From: Anaerolineae bacterium
GTDB lineage: Bacteria > Chloroflexota > Anaerolineae > Epilineales > JAANWY01
Reading direction: 5' to 3'
Assembly: GCA_046758565.1 (NCBI GenBank)
Contig: JBHIAO010000002.1
Coordinates: forward strand, 1-48,410
Length of the DNA: 48,410 nucleotides
The translations under genes and the position numbers were made by a program. Numbering within the stretch: the first letter of the stretch is position 1; each line of letters begins with the position of its first letter. The notes beneath the pieces were generated by a model. That model was not told where the DNA came from. It made no database searches and saw nothing but the letters and a program-made list of their open reading frames with translations. Positions 17,510 through 25,539 of this stretch are shown one piece after another.

Positions 17510-17749
17510 AGTGACGATTCTTAGTGATTGCTCGGAATGCTGTCAGAGGCGACTAGCGAGCACCGTTTGTTCTGGAACACGGGGCGCTCGAAGGAGGTCA
17601 GGGCGATTCGTCCTCCGCAATCGGAACCGGAGCCAAGGATCCTGAGCCGATCAGAAGGTGCTCACGAAGGCCCCTTCGACTCGCTCGAGACGTTCTGTCT
17701 CCTTCGGACTTTGAGAACTGAAAAAACCCAGGACGGAGGAGCAAGAACT

Positions 17750-17778
17750 TTGCGATTGGGATCGCTGTGTGCTATAGT
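17750..17778 (+). promoter_or_regulatory. Sigma70-type promoter, divergent from the catabolic operon
   Basis: TTGCGA, a 17-bp spacer ending in TG-C, then TATAGT. Confidence 0.55.
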
Positions 17779-17838
17779 TGGATTGGCATTAAGGCAAGCC
17801 AGGCACCTACTCCAACGTCAAAGGCACTTGCAGAACCG

Positions 17839-18831
17839 ATGCTACATTTCTTTCCTCCGGGGTTGGCTGAACGGTATCTGCTCTTTACGTTCGTCGCCAC
17901 TCTAGGGGTCCTTCAACTTATGGCGGCCCATTACCACTGGGCCGGCCTCTCATTGGTCGGCCGGCAACGATGGCGTTGGGGTTACGTACTTGGCGCCAGC
18001 CTGCTCGGCGGCGCCTACCTCTGGTTTTTCTGGGCAGTCCAACCTCTCATCTTCCAACCAGGTCTGGCCGGCGCGGAGCTTTCCACCCTTTTCGCGATTT
18101 CGACCCTTCTGGCTGTGGCCGCTACCCTTGCCCTCGCAAGCGTACTGCATCGGAAGACGGTGGGGGTTGAGTCCAAGGGCGAGCCGATGAACTTGCATCC
18201 CGGCCAATGTACACTACGTCGGCAGGCAGACGCCGGACCGTGGCCGGCCGCCATTGTCGTTTCTGACCTGCCCGACGGCGATTTTTCGGTGTCGCGATTG
18301 GTTGATCATCTGGTAGATCAGGGTTTCTTGACGTTAAGCATTGACCTTGCCAACGATGGCCCAGTCGAGTATCCCGAGGTGTTGGCCCGGCTGCCAGCCG
18401 CCTGTGCGTATCTCCGGGGCCGATCCGATGCCGATGGTCGAGGAATCGTGGTGATCGCTACCGGCATTGGCGGTGATCTCGCGCTACGGGCTGCAGCCAT
18501 AGATTTAACAATTCAGGGCGTCGCCGCCATTGATCCGCTTCTAGATCCCGAGGCGACAGGCCTTGATCTACTGCGCCGCTCGACCTTCTGGGAGGTGTTT
18601 CGCTGGGGCGGCGTTCGGCGCCGCCTGGTAGAAGCCCTGACCGCAGCAAATCGCCTGCCCCAGTTGGAGAATCGGCCAGCTTTACTGGTCTACCGCACCA
18701 ACCCGACACCTCTGGGTGAAGTCACGACCGGTGATGTGCAAGTCGCGGTTGTGCATACGGATGACGAAGCCGTCCAGCGAGTCGTGGGCTGGGCAGCCGA
18801 AGTGATTGGTAGACGTGAACATGTCGCTTGA
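17839..18831 (+). CDS. Membrane protein with N-terminal TM helices and a degenerate alpha/beta-hydrolase-like C-terminal domain
   Basis: About three hydrophobic segments, then LVDQGFLTLSID, AACAYLR and GIVVIATGIGGDLAL (nucleophile-elbow position without Ser). Start inferred at MLHFF. Confidence 0.55.
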   Translation: MLHFFPPGLAERYLLFTFVATLGVLQLMAAHYHWAGLSLVGRQRWRWGYVLGASLLGGAYLWFFWAVQPLIFQPGLAGAELSTLFAISTLLAVAATLALASVLHRKTVGVESKGEPMNLHPGQCTLRRQADAGPWPAAIVVSDLPDGDFSVSRLVDHLVDQGFLTLSIDLANDGPVEYPEVLARLPAACAYLRGRSDADGRGIVVIATGIGGDLALRAAAIDLTIQGVAAIDPLLDPEATGLDLLRRSTFWEVFRWGGVRRRLVEALTAANRLPQLENRPALLVYRTNPTPLGEVTTGDVQVAVVHTDDEAVQRVVGWAAEVIGRREHVA

Positions 18832-19399
18832 TGTCACCCTGTTCTACCTGATAAATGGCCTAGCCGGTCGTAGTAAGATCCTGGACGCCGTGGCTCGGTT
18901 GTTTGTCAACGAATACTTTGTGCCAACGACGATGGCCCTGATCGTGCTGGTTCTCTGGTTCGCCCCAAATGAGCCGGCTCGGCGGGCACTGCATCAACGG
19001 ATGTTCTTCCAGACAGCTCTCGCGGTTTTGTTGAGCAACACCGCACTCAAAGGGGTGAATCTACTCTACTTTCGGCCGCGTCCTTTCGCCACGTTGGATG
19101 TCACGCGCTGTTTCTACGAGCCGTGGGACTCGTCATTTCCCAGCAATCCGGCGACGGTGGGGTTTGCTGTGGCCACGGCTGTGTACCTGCACCATCGGCA
19201 GGCCGGCCTTGTGATGTACGGGCTGGCAGCAGCATTTGCACTCAGCCGGGTGTACTGTGGCGTTCACTACCCACTGGACATCGTGGCCGGCGCCCTGCTT
19301 GGGTCAGTGTCGGCTGTCATTGTCGTGCGCCAGACTGGATTTCTGGACCCATTCTGGGATTGGCTCATTGGGGTGGGCCGGCGGCTCCATCTGGCATGA
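18821..19399 (+). CDS. PAP2 family phosphatase (undecaprenyl-diphosphatase BcrC-like)
   Basis: K-x6-RPRP, SFPSN (C2 motif, His replaced by Asn) and SRVYCGVHYPLDIVAG (C3 motif). Confidence 0.88.
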   Translation: MSLDVTLFYLINGLAGRSKILDAVARLFVNEYFVPTTMALIVLVLWFAPNEPARRALHQRMFFQTALAVLLSNTALKGVNLLYFRPRPFATLDVTRCFYEPWDSSFPSNPATVGFAVATAVYLHHRQAGLVMYGLAAAFALSRVYCGVHYPLDIVAGALLGSVSAVIVVRQTGFLDPFWDWLIGVGRRLHLA

Positions 19400-19447
19400 G
19401 GGTTATCTGTTCGTTCGGAGTTATGGAACGCCGTGGTACAGCGGGCT

Positions 19448-20323
19448 ATGAAATCCTTGATCTGCAATCAGTGCGGGAGTGCGTGGGTTGCTCATTGGTT
19501 GACGAGCGTGGACCGCGTCACCGGCCAGTCTTTTGACATCCTTCGGTGTTGCCAGTGTGGGCTGCGGTACACCAGTCCCCGACCGCCAGCCGATGAACTG
19601 GCAGTGTATTATCCCCAACCGCTCGACCCACCCTGGCTTGCCCAGATCGTGAGGCGTTGGCTGCGCCGGCGTCGAGCGCAGTGGAGTGCTGCCGGTCAGC
19701 CACCGGGTCGGGCGCTGGAAATCGGCTGTGGCGATGGGTGGATGCTGAATGCGTTGCGGCAGGCTGGGTGGGAGGTCGTTGGGACCGAACGCTCCGAAGA
19801 AAGCGCCGCCCGGCCCCGAAACCTGGGTCTGGATGTTCGTGTCGGGAATGTGGACCGGTGCGGTTTCCCGGCCGCGTCGTTCGATCTGGTGATCTTGTGG
19901 CACGCGTTGGAGCACCTGGATGACCCGCTGGCCACTCTGATTGAGGCGCGACGCATAATGTGTCCTACAGGCCGGCTGGTCGTCGCGGTGCCGAATGCCG
20001 ATAGCTGGCAGGCGAGAGTGGCCGGCCGGCGTTGGGTCCACCTGGACGTGCCGCGGCATCTCTATCACTTCGGTCCAGAGACGCTTGCTGCCACGCTCGA
20101 ACGAGCTGGCTTCTCGTTAGAAACCTGGTCCTTCTCGAGTCTCACCTACGAGTGTCGGGGATGGTGGGATTCGCCTGCAGCATGTGTGGGGTCCAGTATG
20201 CTGACCTACGCGCTGGCGGGTTTGTTGTTGCCGTTTGCAGTTACCTTGTCAACGATCGCAGCATATCGCAAGGCAAGTGCGGCGATGACAGTCCGGGCGC
20301 GACCCACTGTAGGCAATGCCTGA
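19448..20323 (+). CDS. Class I SAM-dependent methyltransferase with N-terminal Zn ribbon
   Basis: CNQC...CCQC, ALEIGCGDG, FDLVILWHALEH, VAVPN and DVPRHLYHF. Confidence 0.88.
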   Translation: MKSLICNQCGSAWVAHWLTSVDRVTGQSFDILRCCQCGLRYTSPRPPADELAVYYPQPLDPPWLAQIVRRWLRRRRAQWSAAGQPPGRALEIGCGDGWMLNALRQAGWEVVGTERSEESAARPRNLGLDVRVGNVDRCGFPAASFDLVILWHALEHLDDPLATLIEARRIMCPTGRLVVAVPNADSWQARVAGRRWVHLDVPRHLYHFGPETLAATLERAGFSLETWSFSSLTYECRGWWDSPAACVGSSMLTYALAGLLLPFAVTLSTIAAYRKASAAMTVRARPTVGNA

Positions 20324-20431
20324 CTTCGCGCGTCTTCAGTTGTATGTCCCGATGTGTGGCGCGGATGTGCCAAACCACTTTGCCGTGCCACAGACTGCGT
20401 CTTCGGCGGCATGGAAGTTCCGCCCCGATCT

Positions 20432-20461
20432 TTGACAGCCCAGTCGCAACAAGACTATAAT
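20432..20461 (+). promoter_or_regulatory. Consensus sigma70 promoter
   Basis: TTGACA (20432-20437), an 18-bp spacer and TATAAT (20456-20461). Confidence 0.65.
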
Positions 20462-20533
20462 AGCGGGGGCTTACAGCGCTGCTGTGCTGTAGGCGTAAGC
20501 AACCCTTGTGGGGACTTCTGGACAAGGAGACGT

Positions 20534-20557
20534 ATGGATGCCGGCGATTGGGAATGA
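20534..20557 (+). CDS. Candidate 7-aa micro-ORF MDAGDWE
   Basis: AAGGAG RBS just before the ATG, downstream of a consensus promoter. It could be a truncated gene remnant. Confidence 0.25.
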   Translation: MDAGDWE

Positions 20558-20602
20558 ATTTCCCGTCGAACCTCTGAGTGAGCTGGCACGGTTAGAAAGT
20601 TA

Positions 20603-20763
20603 GAGACCCTTTCGCAATTCGCCAGAGGGTCAACCTCCCGCAGGCTGTGACGGCACCCCGGTGCGAGGAGGCTCCCCCAAGACGTTTCTCGGCGGCCGAG
20701 CAACGCGAATCGCGAGCCTGCGGGAGGTTTGTTGCTTCCAACACGGACTTATGAAAGGGTCTC
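20603..20763. mobile_element. MITE-like element of ~160 bp
   Basis: Terminal IR GAGACCCTTTCGCAA / TTATGAAAGGGTCTC (13/15) encloses a perfect 15-bp IR AACCTCCCGCAGGCT (20632-20646) / AGCCTGCGGGAGGTT (20715-20729). No clear target duplication. Confidence 0.55.
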
Positions 20764-20789
20764 ATGCCCACAAATGGTGGGCGCGTCGC

Positions 20790-20817
20790 TTGACTCAGAT
20801 CGTGATGTTCCTATAAT
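20790..20817 (+). promoter_or_regulatory. Sigma70-type promoter of the radical SAM cluster
   Basis: TTGACT, a 16-bp spacer and TATAAT. An additional TGCTATACT extended -10 follows at 20818-20826. Confidence 0.55.
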
Positions 20818-20874
20818 TGCTATACTCTTTCGTTGGACAAGTCCTCGATCGGATCTTATGATAAAGGGGGACAC

Positions 20875-21807
20875 GTGGTTTTCGACCGCAGCCATCAACC
20901 GGAGGTCACGCAGATCCGGCGGGCCATTCTCAAAACGCTCATCTATGGCGACCTCTTCGACTATCCCCTGTTGTCAGAGGAGATCGTTCGCTATCTCTCC
21001 GTGCCTGCATCGTCGGAGACGATCCGTCGACTGCTTGACGACGGCGCAGTTGACGGCGTCTTCGACCGTTCCGACGGTTTCTTCACTTTGCCTGGACGTA
21101 CCAGGCTGATTCCAGTGCGCGAACGCCGCGGGAGTGTCGCTCGCAGGAAATGGGCGGCGGCTCAGAGATATTCCCGCTGGATCGCACGCATGCCATTTGT
21201 TCGTATGGTCGCCGTCACCGGGACGCTGGCTGTCGAAAATGTTGAGCCAACCGACGACATCGATCTTTTCATCGTGACAGCAGCCGGCCGGCTGTGGCTG
21301 AGTCGTGCGTTTGTGATTCTGGTTGTTCGTGCGGCTGCGGTGGCCGGCGACGAACTTTGCCCCAACTACTTCCTTTCTGACCGGAAACTCCCGTTCGAGG
21401 ATCGGAACTTCTTCAATGCCCGTGAACTGGCGCAGATGGTCCCGCTCTACGGCGCCGATACGTACTGTCGAATGCGGGAGCTCAACGACTGGGTCGAGGA
21501 TTACTTGCCTCATGCCGAGGGGACGCCCAATGGCATGCCAATCATGCGATTGGGACCAGTCGAACGGGCTGCAAAGCAGACGGTCGAGCGACTCCTGAGC
21601 GGTCGACTGGGCGCATTCCTCGAAAGCTGGGAGATGCACCGGAAGATCCAGAAGTTCAGCCGGCGTGCTCAGACCGAAGGTGGCAGCGTCGCATTTACAC
21701 CGGATTGCTGCAAAGGTCATTTCGACCACCACGACGAGATCATCTTGCAGCTGTATGAGAAGCGGTTGGCACAATATGGGCTTTCCATGGAGAGGACCGA
21801 TGGCTGA
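20875..21807 (+). CDS. Pol-beta superfamily nucleotidyltransferase-domain protein of unknown function
   Basis: VAVTGTLA...DDIDLFIV matches hG[S/T]-x9-DxD. Also Y.DLFDYPL, CPNYF and CKGHF motifs. Start at GTG 20875 after a G-rich RBS. Confidence 0.75.
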   Translation: MVFDRSHQPEVTQIRRAILKTLIYGDLFDYPLLSEEIVRYLSVPASSETIRRLLDDGAVDGVFDRSDGFFTLPGRTRLIPVRERRGSVARRKWAAAQRYSRWIARMPFVRMVAVTGTLAVENVEPTDDIDLFIVTAAGRLWLSRAFVILVVRAAAVAGDELCPNYFLSDRKLPFEDRNFFNARELAQMVPLYGADTYCRMRELNDWVEDYLPHAEGTPNGMPIMRLGPVERAAKQTVERLLSGRLGAFLESWEMHRKIQKFSRRAQTEGGSVAFTPDCCKGHFDHHDEIILQLYEKRLAQYGLSMERTDG

Positions 21808-23383
21808 GGTTCTGTTTGGTCAATCGTACTATCTGCGCTTCGATCCGAAGCTGTGGGAGGCCATGCAGCCCTACCCGCCTCTGGGCACCCTGTACGCGGC
21901 TAGCTATCTGCGGGAGCGAGGCTACGATGTAGCCCTATTCGATGCCATGCTGGCTGACTCCGAACGGCGCTGGGCGGAAGCGCTAGAGCGGCATCAACCT
22001 CGTTACGCAGTCATCTTCGAGGACAGTTTTAACTACCTCAGCAAGATGTGTCTGCTGCGCATGCGCCAGGCAGCCTTCACAATGTCCGAGATGGCCAAGG
22101 AACGGGACTGCACAGTCATCGTGTGTGGCTCAGATGCTACCGATCATGCTCCCAAGTATTTCGCCCACGGAGTGGACTACGTCCTCATTGGTGAGGGGGA
22201 GGTCACTCTGGGAGAACTGATGGATCATCTCTCTGGGCGAACCGACGTGCCACTTGAGTCCATCGAAGGATTGGCCTTCCCAGAGAACGCTCAACGTCCA
22301 GCACCCAATACCCAATACCCAATACCCAATATCCAACCCGTCTACACTCCGCCGCGCCCCATCATCACCGACTTGGACAGCCTGCCCTTCCCGGCTTGGG
22401 ATCTCGTCGATATTCCTCGCTACCAGGAAATCTGGTACCAGCGGCATGGTTATTACTCGATGAACATGGTGACCACCCGGGGCTGCCCGTACCACTGTAA
22501 CTGGTGTGCCAAGCCAATCTGGGGTCAGCGCTACAACATCCGCAGTCCCGAGAACGTCGTTGCTGAGCTGAACTGGCTCAAAGAAACGTACCGTCCCGAC
22601 CACATCTGGTTCGCCGATGACATCATGGGCCTGAAGCCAGGCTGGCTATCGCGCTTCGCTGATCTCGTCGAGGAGCAGGAGGCTCGCGTACCTTTCAAGA
22701 GCCTCAACCGGGTGGATCTTCTGCTGCGCGACGGCGATATCGATGCCTTGAGGCGGGCCGGTTGCCAAATCGTGTGGGTGGGAGCCGAATCAGGCTCACA
22801 GAAAATCTTGGATGCTATGGAGAAGGGTACTCGGGTGGAGCAGATCTACGAAGCCACGCAGCGTCTGAAGGAGGCCGACATCCAGGTCGGGTTCTTCCTG
22901 CAGTTTGGCTACCCCGGCGAGACCCGGGAGGACGTCGAGAAAACGCTCCAGATGGTACGGGACTGCCGGCCAGATGACATCGGCATGTCGGTCTCCTACC
23001 CGCTGCCCGGCACAAAGTTTTTTGAGCGGGTGCAGGACCAACTAGGCGTCAAACAGAACTGGGTGGACTCCAACGACCTGGCGATGCTCTACCGGGGACC
23101 CTTTACGACGGACTTCTACCGCCAACTCCATACCGCGCTACACAAGGAGTTCCGAGCGCGAAAATACTGGGCTGAGGCGAAGCATCTGGCACGTAGGCCG
23201 ATGGACTTCAGAGCGAAGCACCTGCGCCGCATGGCAGCGATGGTTTACCATACGGTAACTCTGCCAGTGGAGCGCCATCGTCTGAACCGGCTGGAGAAGC
23301 TACCCCACGCCGGCCTGGAACCGCTGCCCCCCGGCTTGGATCAAGCGGCGGCGGCGACGCCCAGCCCGCAGATTGGAGATTAG
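21800..23383 (+). CDS. B12-binding radical SAM protein
   Basis: YPPLGTLY, GEGEVT, TTRGCPYHCNWC, FADD, GAESGS and GYPGET. Start at MAEVL, overlapping the upstream gene. Confidence 0.92.
   Translation: MAEVLFGQSYYLRFDPKLWEAMQPYPPLGTLYAASYLRERGYDVALFDAMLADSERRWAEALERHQPRYAVIFEDSFNYLSKMCLLRMRQAAFTMSEMAKERDCTVIVCGSDATDHAPKYFAHGVDYVLIGEGEVTLGELMDHLSGRTDVPLESIEGLAFPENAQRPAPNTQYPIPNIQPVYTPPRPIITDLDSLPFPAWDLVDIPRYQEIWYQRHGYYSMNMVTTRGCPYHCNWCAKPIWGQRYNIRSPENVVAELNWLKETYRPDHIWFADDIMGLKPGWLSRFADLVEEQEARVPFKSLNRVDLLLRDGDIDALRRAGCQIVWVGAESGSQKILDAMEKGTRVEQIYEATQRLKEADIQVGFFLQFGYPGETREDVEKTLQMVRDCRPDDIGMSVSYPLPGTKFFERVQDQLGVKQNWVDSNDLAMLYRGPFTTDFYRQLHTALHKEFRARKYWAEAKHLARRPMDFRAKHLRRMAAMVYHTVTLPVERHRLNRLEKLPHAGLEPLPPGLDQAAAATPSPQIGD
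22286..22334 (+). repeat. In-frame heptamer tandem repeat (AATACCC-type, about 7 units) inside a radical SAM gene
   Basis: aacgctc aacgtcc agcaccc aataccc aataccc aataccc aatatcc, encoding NAQRPAPNTQYPIPNIQ. Confidence 0.8.
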
Positions 23384-23406
23384 AGATTAATGCTCAATCT
23401 CCAATC
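23371..23406. repeat. GGAGATT/AATCTCC heptamer inverted repeat that supplies the stop codon of the upstream gene
   Basis: GATTGGAGATTAGAGATTAA...AATCTCCAATC. Confidence 0.6.
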
Positions 23407-23486
23407 GCTGCTCTGAGAATAGGTTGTTAGATGGCTAGATGGCTGGACGGCTTGTTGGATCGCGTAGGCCGGCTGGAGTCAGGTAG

Positions 23487-24878
23487 ATGGACATCCTGCT
23501 AACCCACGGCTATTACCTCCACGAGGACCCGCACGAGCTGCAGGTCATGAAACCGTACCCGCCGCTGGGTCTGCTGTACATTTCGTCGCATCTGAAGGCG
23601 CGGGGCTTCGAGGTGGGCGTGTTCGACACCACGTTTCAGCGCCGGCCGGCCTTCCGCGAGCATATCGCCCAAACACAACCGCTGGTGGTCGGCATCTACT
23701 GCAACATGATGACCAGGCAGAACGTGTTGGAGATGGTCCGCGCGTGCAAAGACCAGGGCGCCACCGTGGTGCTGGGCGGGCCGGAGCCGGCCAATTACGC
23801 CGAGGAATACCTGGCACGCGGCGCCGACGTGGTGGTCATCGGCGAAGGGGAACTCACTCTGGAAGAACTCCTTCCTCATCTGGCGCGCCGCGGCCCGAGC
23901 GACATGGGCGGCATTGCCGGCATCGTCTACCGGGAAGACGACGGCCAGATCGTGCGAACCTCGCCCCGCCCATACATCGCCGACCTGGATACTCAGCCCG
24001 TCCCCGATCGCGCAGCCATCGACATCAATGAATACGTCCGGGTGTGGCGGGAGCACCACCGGATGGGCTCCGTGTCGCTGATCACCGCCCGAGGCTGCCC
24101 CTACACCTGCACCTGGTGCAGCCACTCGGTCTTCGGCTACAGCCACCGCCGGCGCTCCCCCCAGAACGTGGCCGACGAGGTAGAGCTGATTCTGGAAACT
24201 TACCAGCCGGACATGCTGTGGTACGCCGACGACGTTTTCACCATCCACCCCCGCTGGTTCTTCGCCTACACCGAGGAGCTTAAACGGCGCAGTATCCGCA
24301 TCCCGTTCGAGACGATCTCCCGTGAGGACCGGCTCGACGAAGAGATCATCCGCACGCTGGCCGAGATGGGTTGCTTCCGGCTGTGGATTGGCTCGGAGAG
24401 CGGCTCCCAGCGGGTGCTGGATGCGATGCAGCGTCGCACCGACGCCGGGCGGGTTCGGGAGATGACGCATCTTCTGCAGAAGTACGGCATCGAGGCCGGC
24501 ATGTTCATCATGCTGGGCTACGAAGGTGAGCAGATGGCGGACATCGAGGCCACCGTCGAGCACTTGAAGGCGGCCAACCCCGACGTGTTTCTGACGACTT
24601 TGGCATATCCCATCAAAGGGACGCCGTACTACGAGGAAGTCGCAGACCGCGTGATCGCGCTCAAGCCGTGGGACGAGCGCACAGATCGCGATTTGACGGT
24701 GGCCGGCCGGCATTCCCGGCGTTTCTACGAATTCGCCAACCGCTGGATGGTGAGCGAGGTGAACCTGCACCAGCAGCGCAAAGGCACTGAGCGGAACTAC
24801 TGGCAGATGGCCAAAGCTTTGGTCAACGCCAGGGCTGGCCGGCTGGGGATGTGGTGGACGCGGCGTGAGGTGGAGTAA
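23487..24878 (+). CDS. B12-binding radical SAM protein (paralog of 21800-23383)
   Basis: YPPLGLLY, GGPE, GEGE, TARGCPYTCTWC, YADD and GSESGS. Confidence 0.92.
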   Translation: MDILLTHGYYLHEDPHELQVMKPYPPLGLLYISSHLKARGFEVGVFDTTFQRRPAFREHIAQTQPLVVGIYCNMMTRQNVLEMVRACKDQGATVVLGGPEPANYAEEYLARGADVVVIGEGELTLEELLPHLARRGPSDMGGIAGIVYREDDGQIVRTSPRPYIADLDTQPVPDRAAIDINEYVRVWREHHRMGSVSLITARGCPYTCTWCSHSVFGYSHRRRSPQNVADEVELILETYQPDMLWYADDVFTIHPRWFFAYTEELKRRSIRIPFETISREDRLDEEIIRTLAEMGCFRLWIGSESGSQRVLDAMQRRTDAGRVREMTHLLQKYGIEAGMFIMLGYEGEQMADIEATVEHLKAANPDVFLTTLAYPIKGTPYYEEVADRVIALKPWDERTDRDLTVAGRHSRRFYEFANRWMVSEVNLHQQRKGTERNYWQMAKALVNARAGRLGMWWTRREVE

Positions 24879-24914
24879 GAACCCGAGAAGCTCGATACAG
24901 GTATACATGGGCCG

Positions 24915-25364
24915 ATGTCCTACGTCGTTGAAGTCGATCAGAGCGGGAAAATCGGGGACACGAAGATGGCCACTGCGCTGGCTCTTGCAAATGGCATGGA
25001 GTGGGCTATCCTTATTCCAGCAGCCGAGAAGCGAGTGTGTATCCAACGTCTCCGGGGCGAAGGCTATGGAGAACGGATGTACTATCTGCTCTTTGCTACT
25101 GCGCTGTTCTTGTTGCTAAGAGATTGCATTGAAGAGCTCATCTTGGTGATAATTGACGAGGAGTACCGTGGCAAAGAGACCATGATCTTGGGGCACTTGT
25201 TAAACCTCTTTCGCCGATCAGGAAGACGCGTAAAAGCTGAGCAGTTTGCTTTTCGTCGGATTACCAAGAAGTCTCCCGCCCATCGCGTGGCTCTGGAGAC
25301 TCTGCGTGGTGATCGTCGAGCAGATCGAGTGATAACTGCTGAGGAGTTGCTGGAAGAGTTTTGA
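24915..25364 (+). CDS. Small DUF3800-like protein (putative RNase H-like fold)
   Basis: N-terminal strand VEVDQSG (compare DESG), second acidic strand VIIDEEY and C-terminal KKSPAH. Visibly more AT-rich than its neighbours. The family assignment is by motif resemblance only. Confidence 0.6.
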   Translation: MSYVVEVDQSGKIGDTKMATALALANGMEWAILIPAAEKRVCIQRLRGEGYGERMYYLLFATALFLLLRDCIEELILVIIDEEYRGKETMILGHLLNLFRRSGRRVKAEQFAFRRITKKSPAHRVALETLRGDRRADRVITAEELLEEF

Positions 25365-25371
25365 AAGCAAG

Positions 25372-25450
25372 AAATCGGGGCCTCCTTGCGGAGTTACGCT
25401 AGGTGCGGCTCTGGGATTGTCGCCCCAGGGGTTCCCTAGCCACCCGATCC
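25372..25450 (-). ncRNA. Candidate ~79-nt structured non-coding RNA convergent with the DUF3800-like gene
   Basis: Minus-strand fold: closing stem GGAUCGGG/CCCGAUUU, stem GCUAGG/CCUAGC, inner hairpin CUGGG-GCGACAAU-CCCAG and hairpin CUCC-GCAA-GGAG (GNRA). It begins 7 nt after a -10 box. Confidence 0.7.
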
Positions 25451-25456
25451 AGTAAT

Positions 25457-25485
25457 AATATACCACAATGCTTAATCTCTGTCAA
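25457..25485 (-). promoter_or_regulatory. Sigma70-type promoter driving the candidate ncRNA
   Basis: On the minus strand, TTGACA (25485-25480), a 17-bp spacer ending in TG-G and TATATT (25462-25457). Confidence 0.75.
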
Positions 25486-25539
25486 GTTTGGACTTCACTT
25501 TGAGGGAAGTTCGAAGTCAGTCCAGGGAACTACAATAAG

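Noticed and set aside
20555-20581. Selenocysteine read-through of the MDAGDWE TGA
   Set aside because: There is no Cys/Sec redox motif context, another TGA follows within 8 codons and no convincing SECIS hairpin is present.
21665-21799. N-terminal extensions in the ORF track (also 11041-11151, 15031-15135, 27457-27537, 39703-39825 and 42257-42304)
   Set aside because: Most overlap neighbouring genes and none shows family similarity. Downstream starts with an RBS, a stop-start overlap or a family-typical N-terminus fit better.
23499-25046. 515-aa minus-strand ORF, and similar long antisense ORFs such as 35922-37325, 26465-27553 and 39787-40866
   Set aside because: These are shadow frames opposite well-supported genes in high-GC DNA, with no recognisable motifs.
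25372-25450. tRNA gene or simple rho-independent terminator
   Set aside because: There is no GTTCRA T-loop, no canonical cloverleaf and no CCA. The multi-branched fold with its own promoter exceeds what a terminator needs, so it is kept as a candidate ncRNA.
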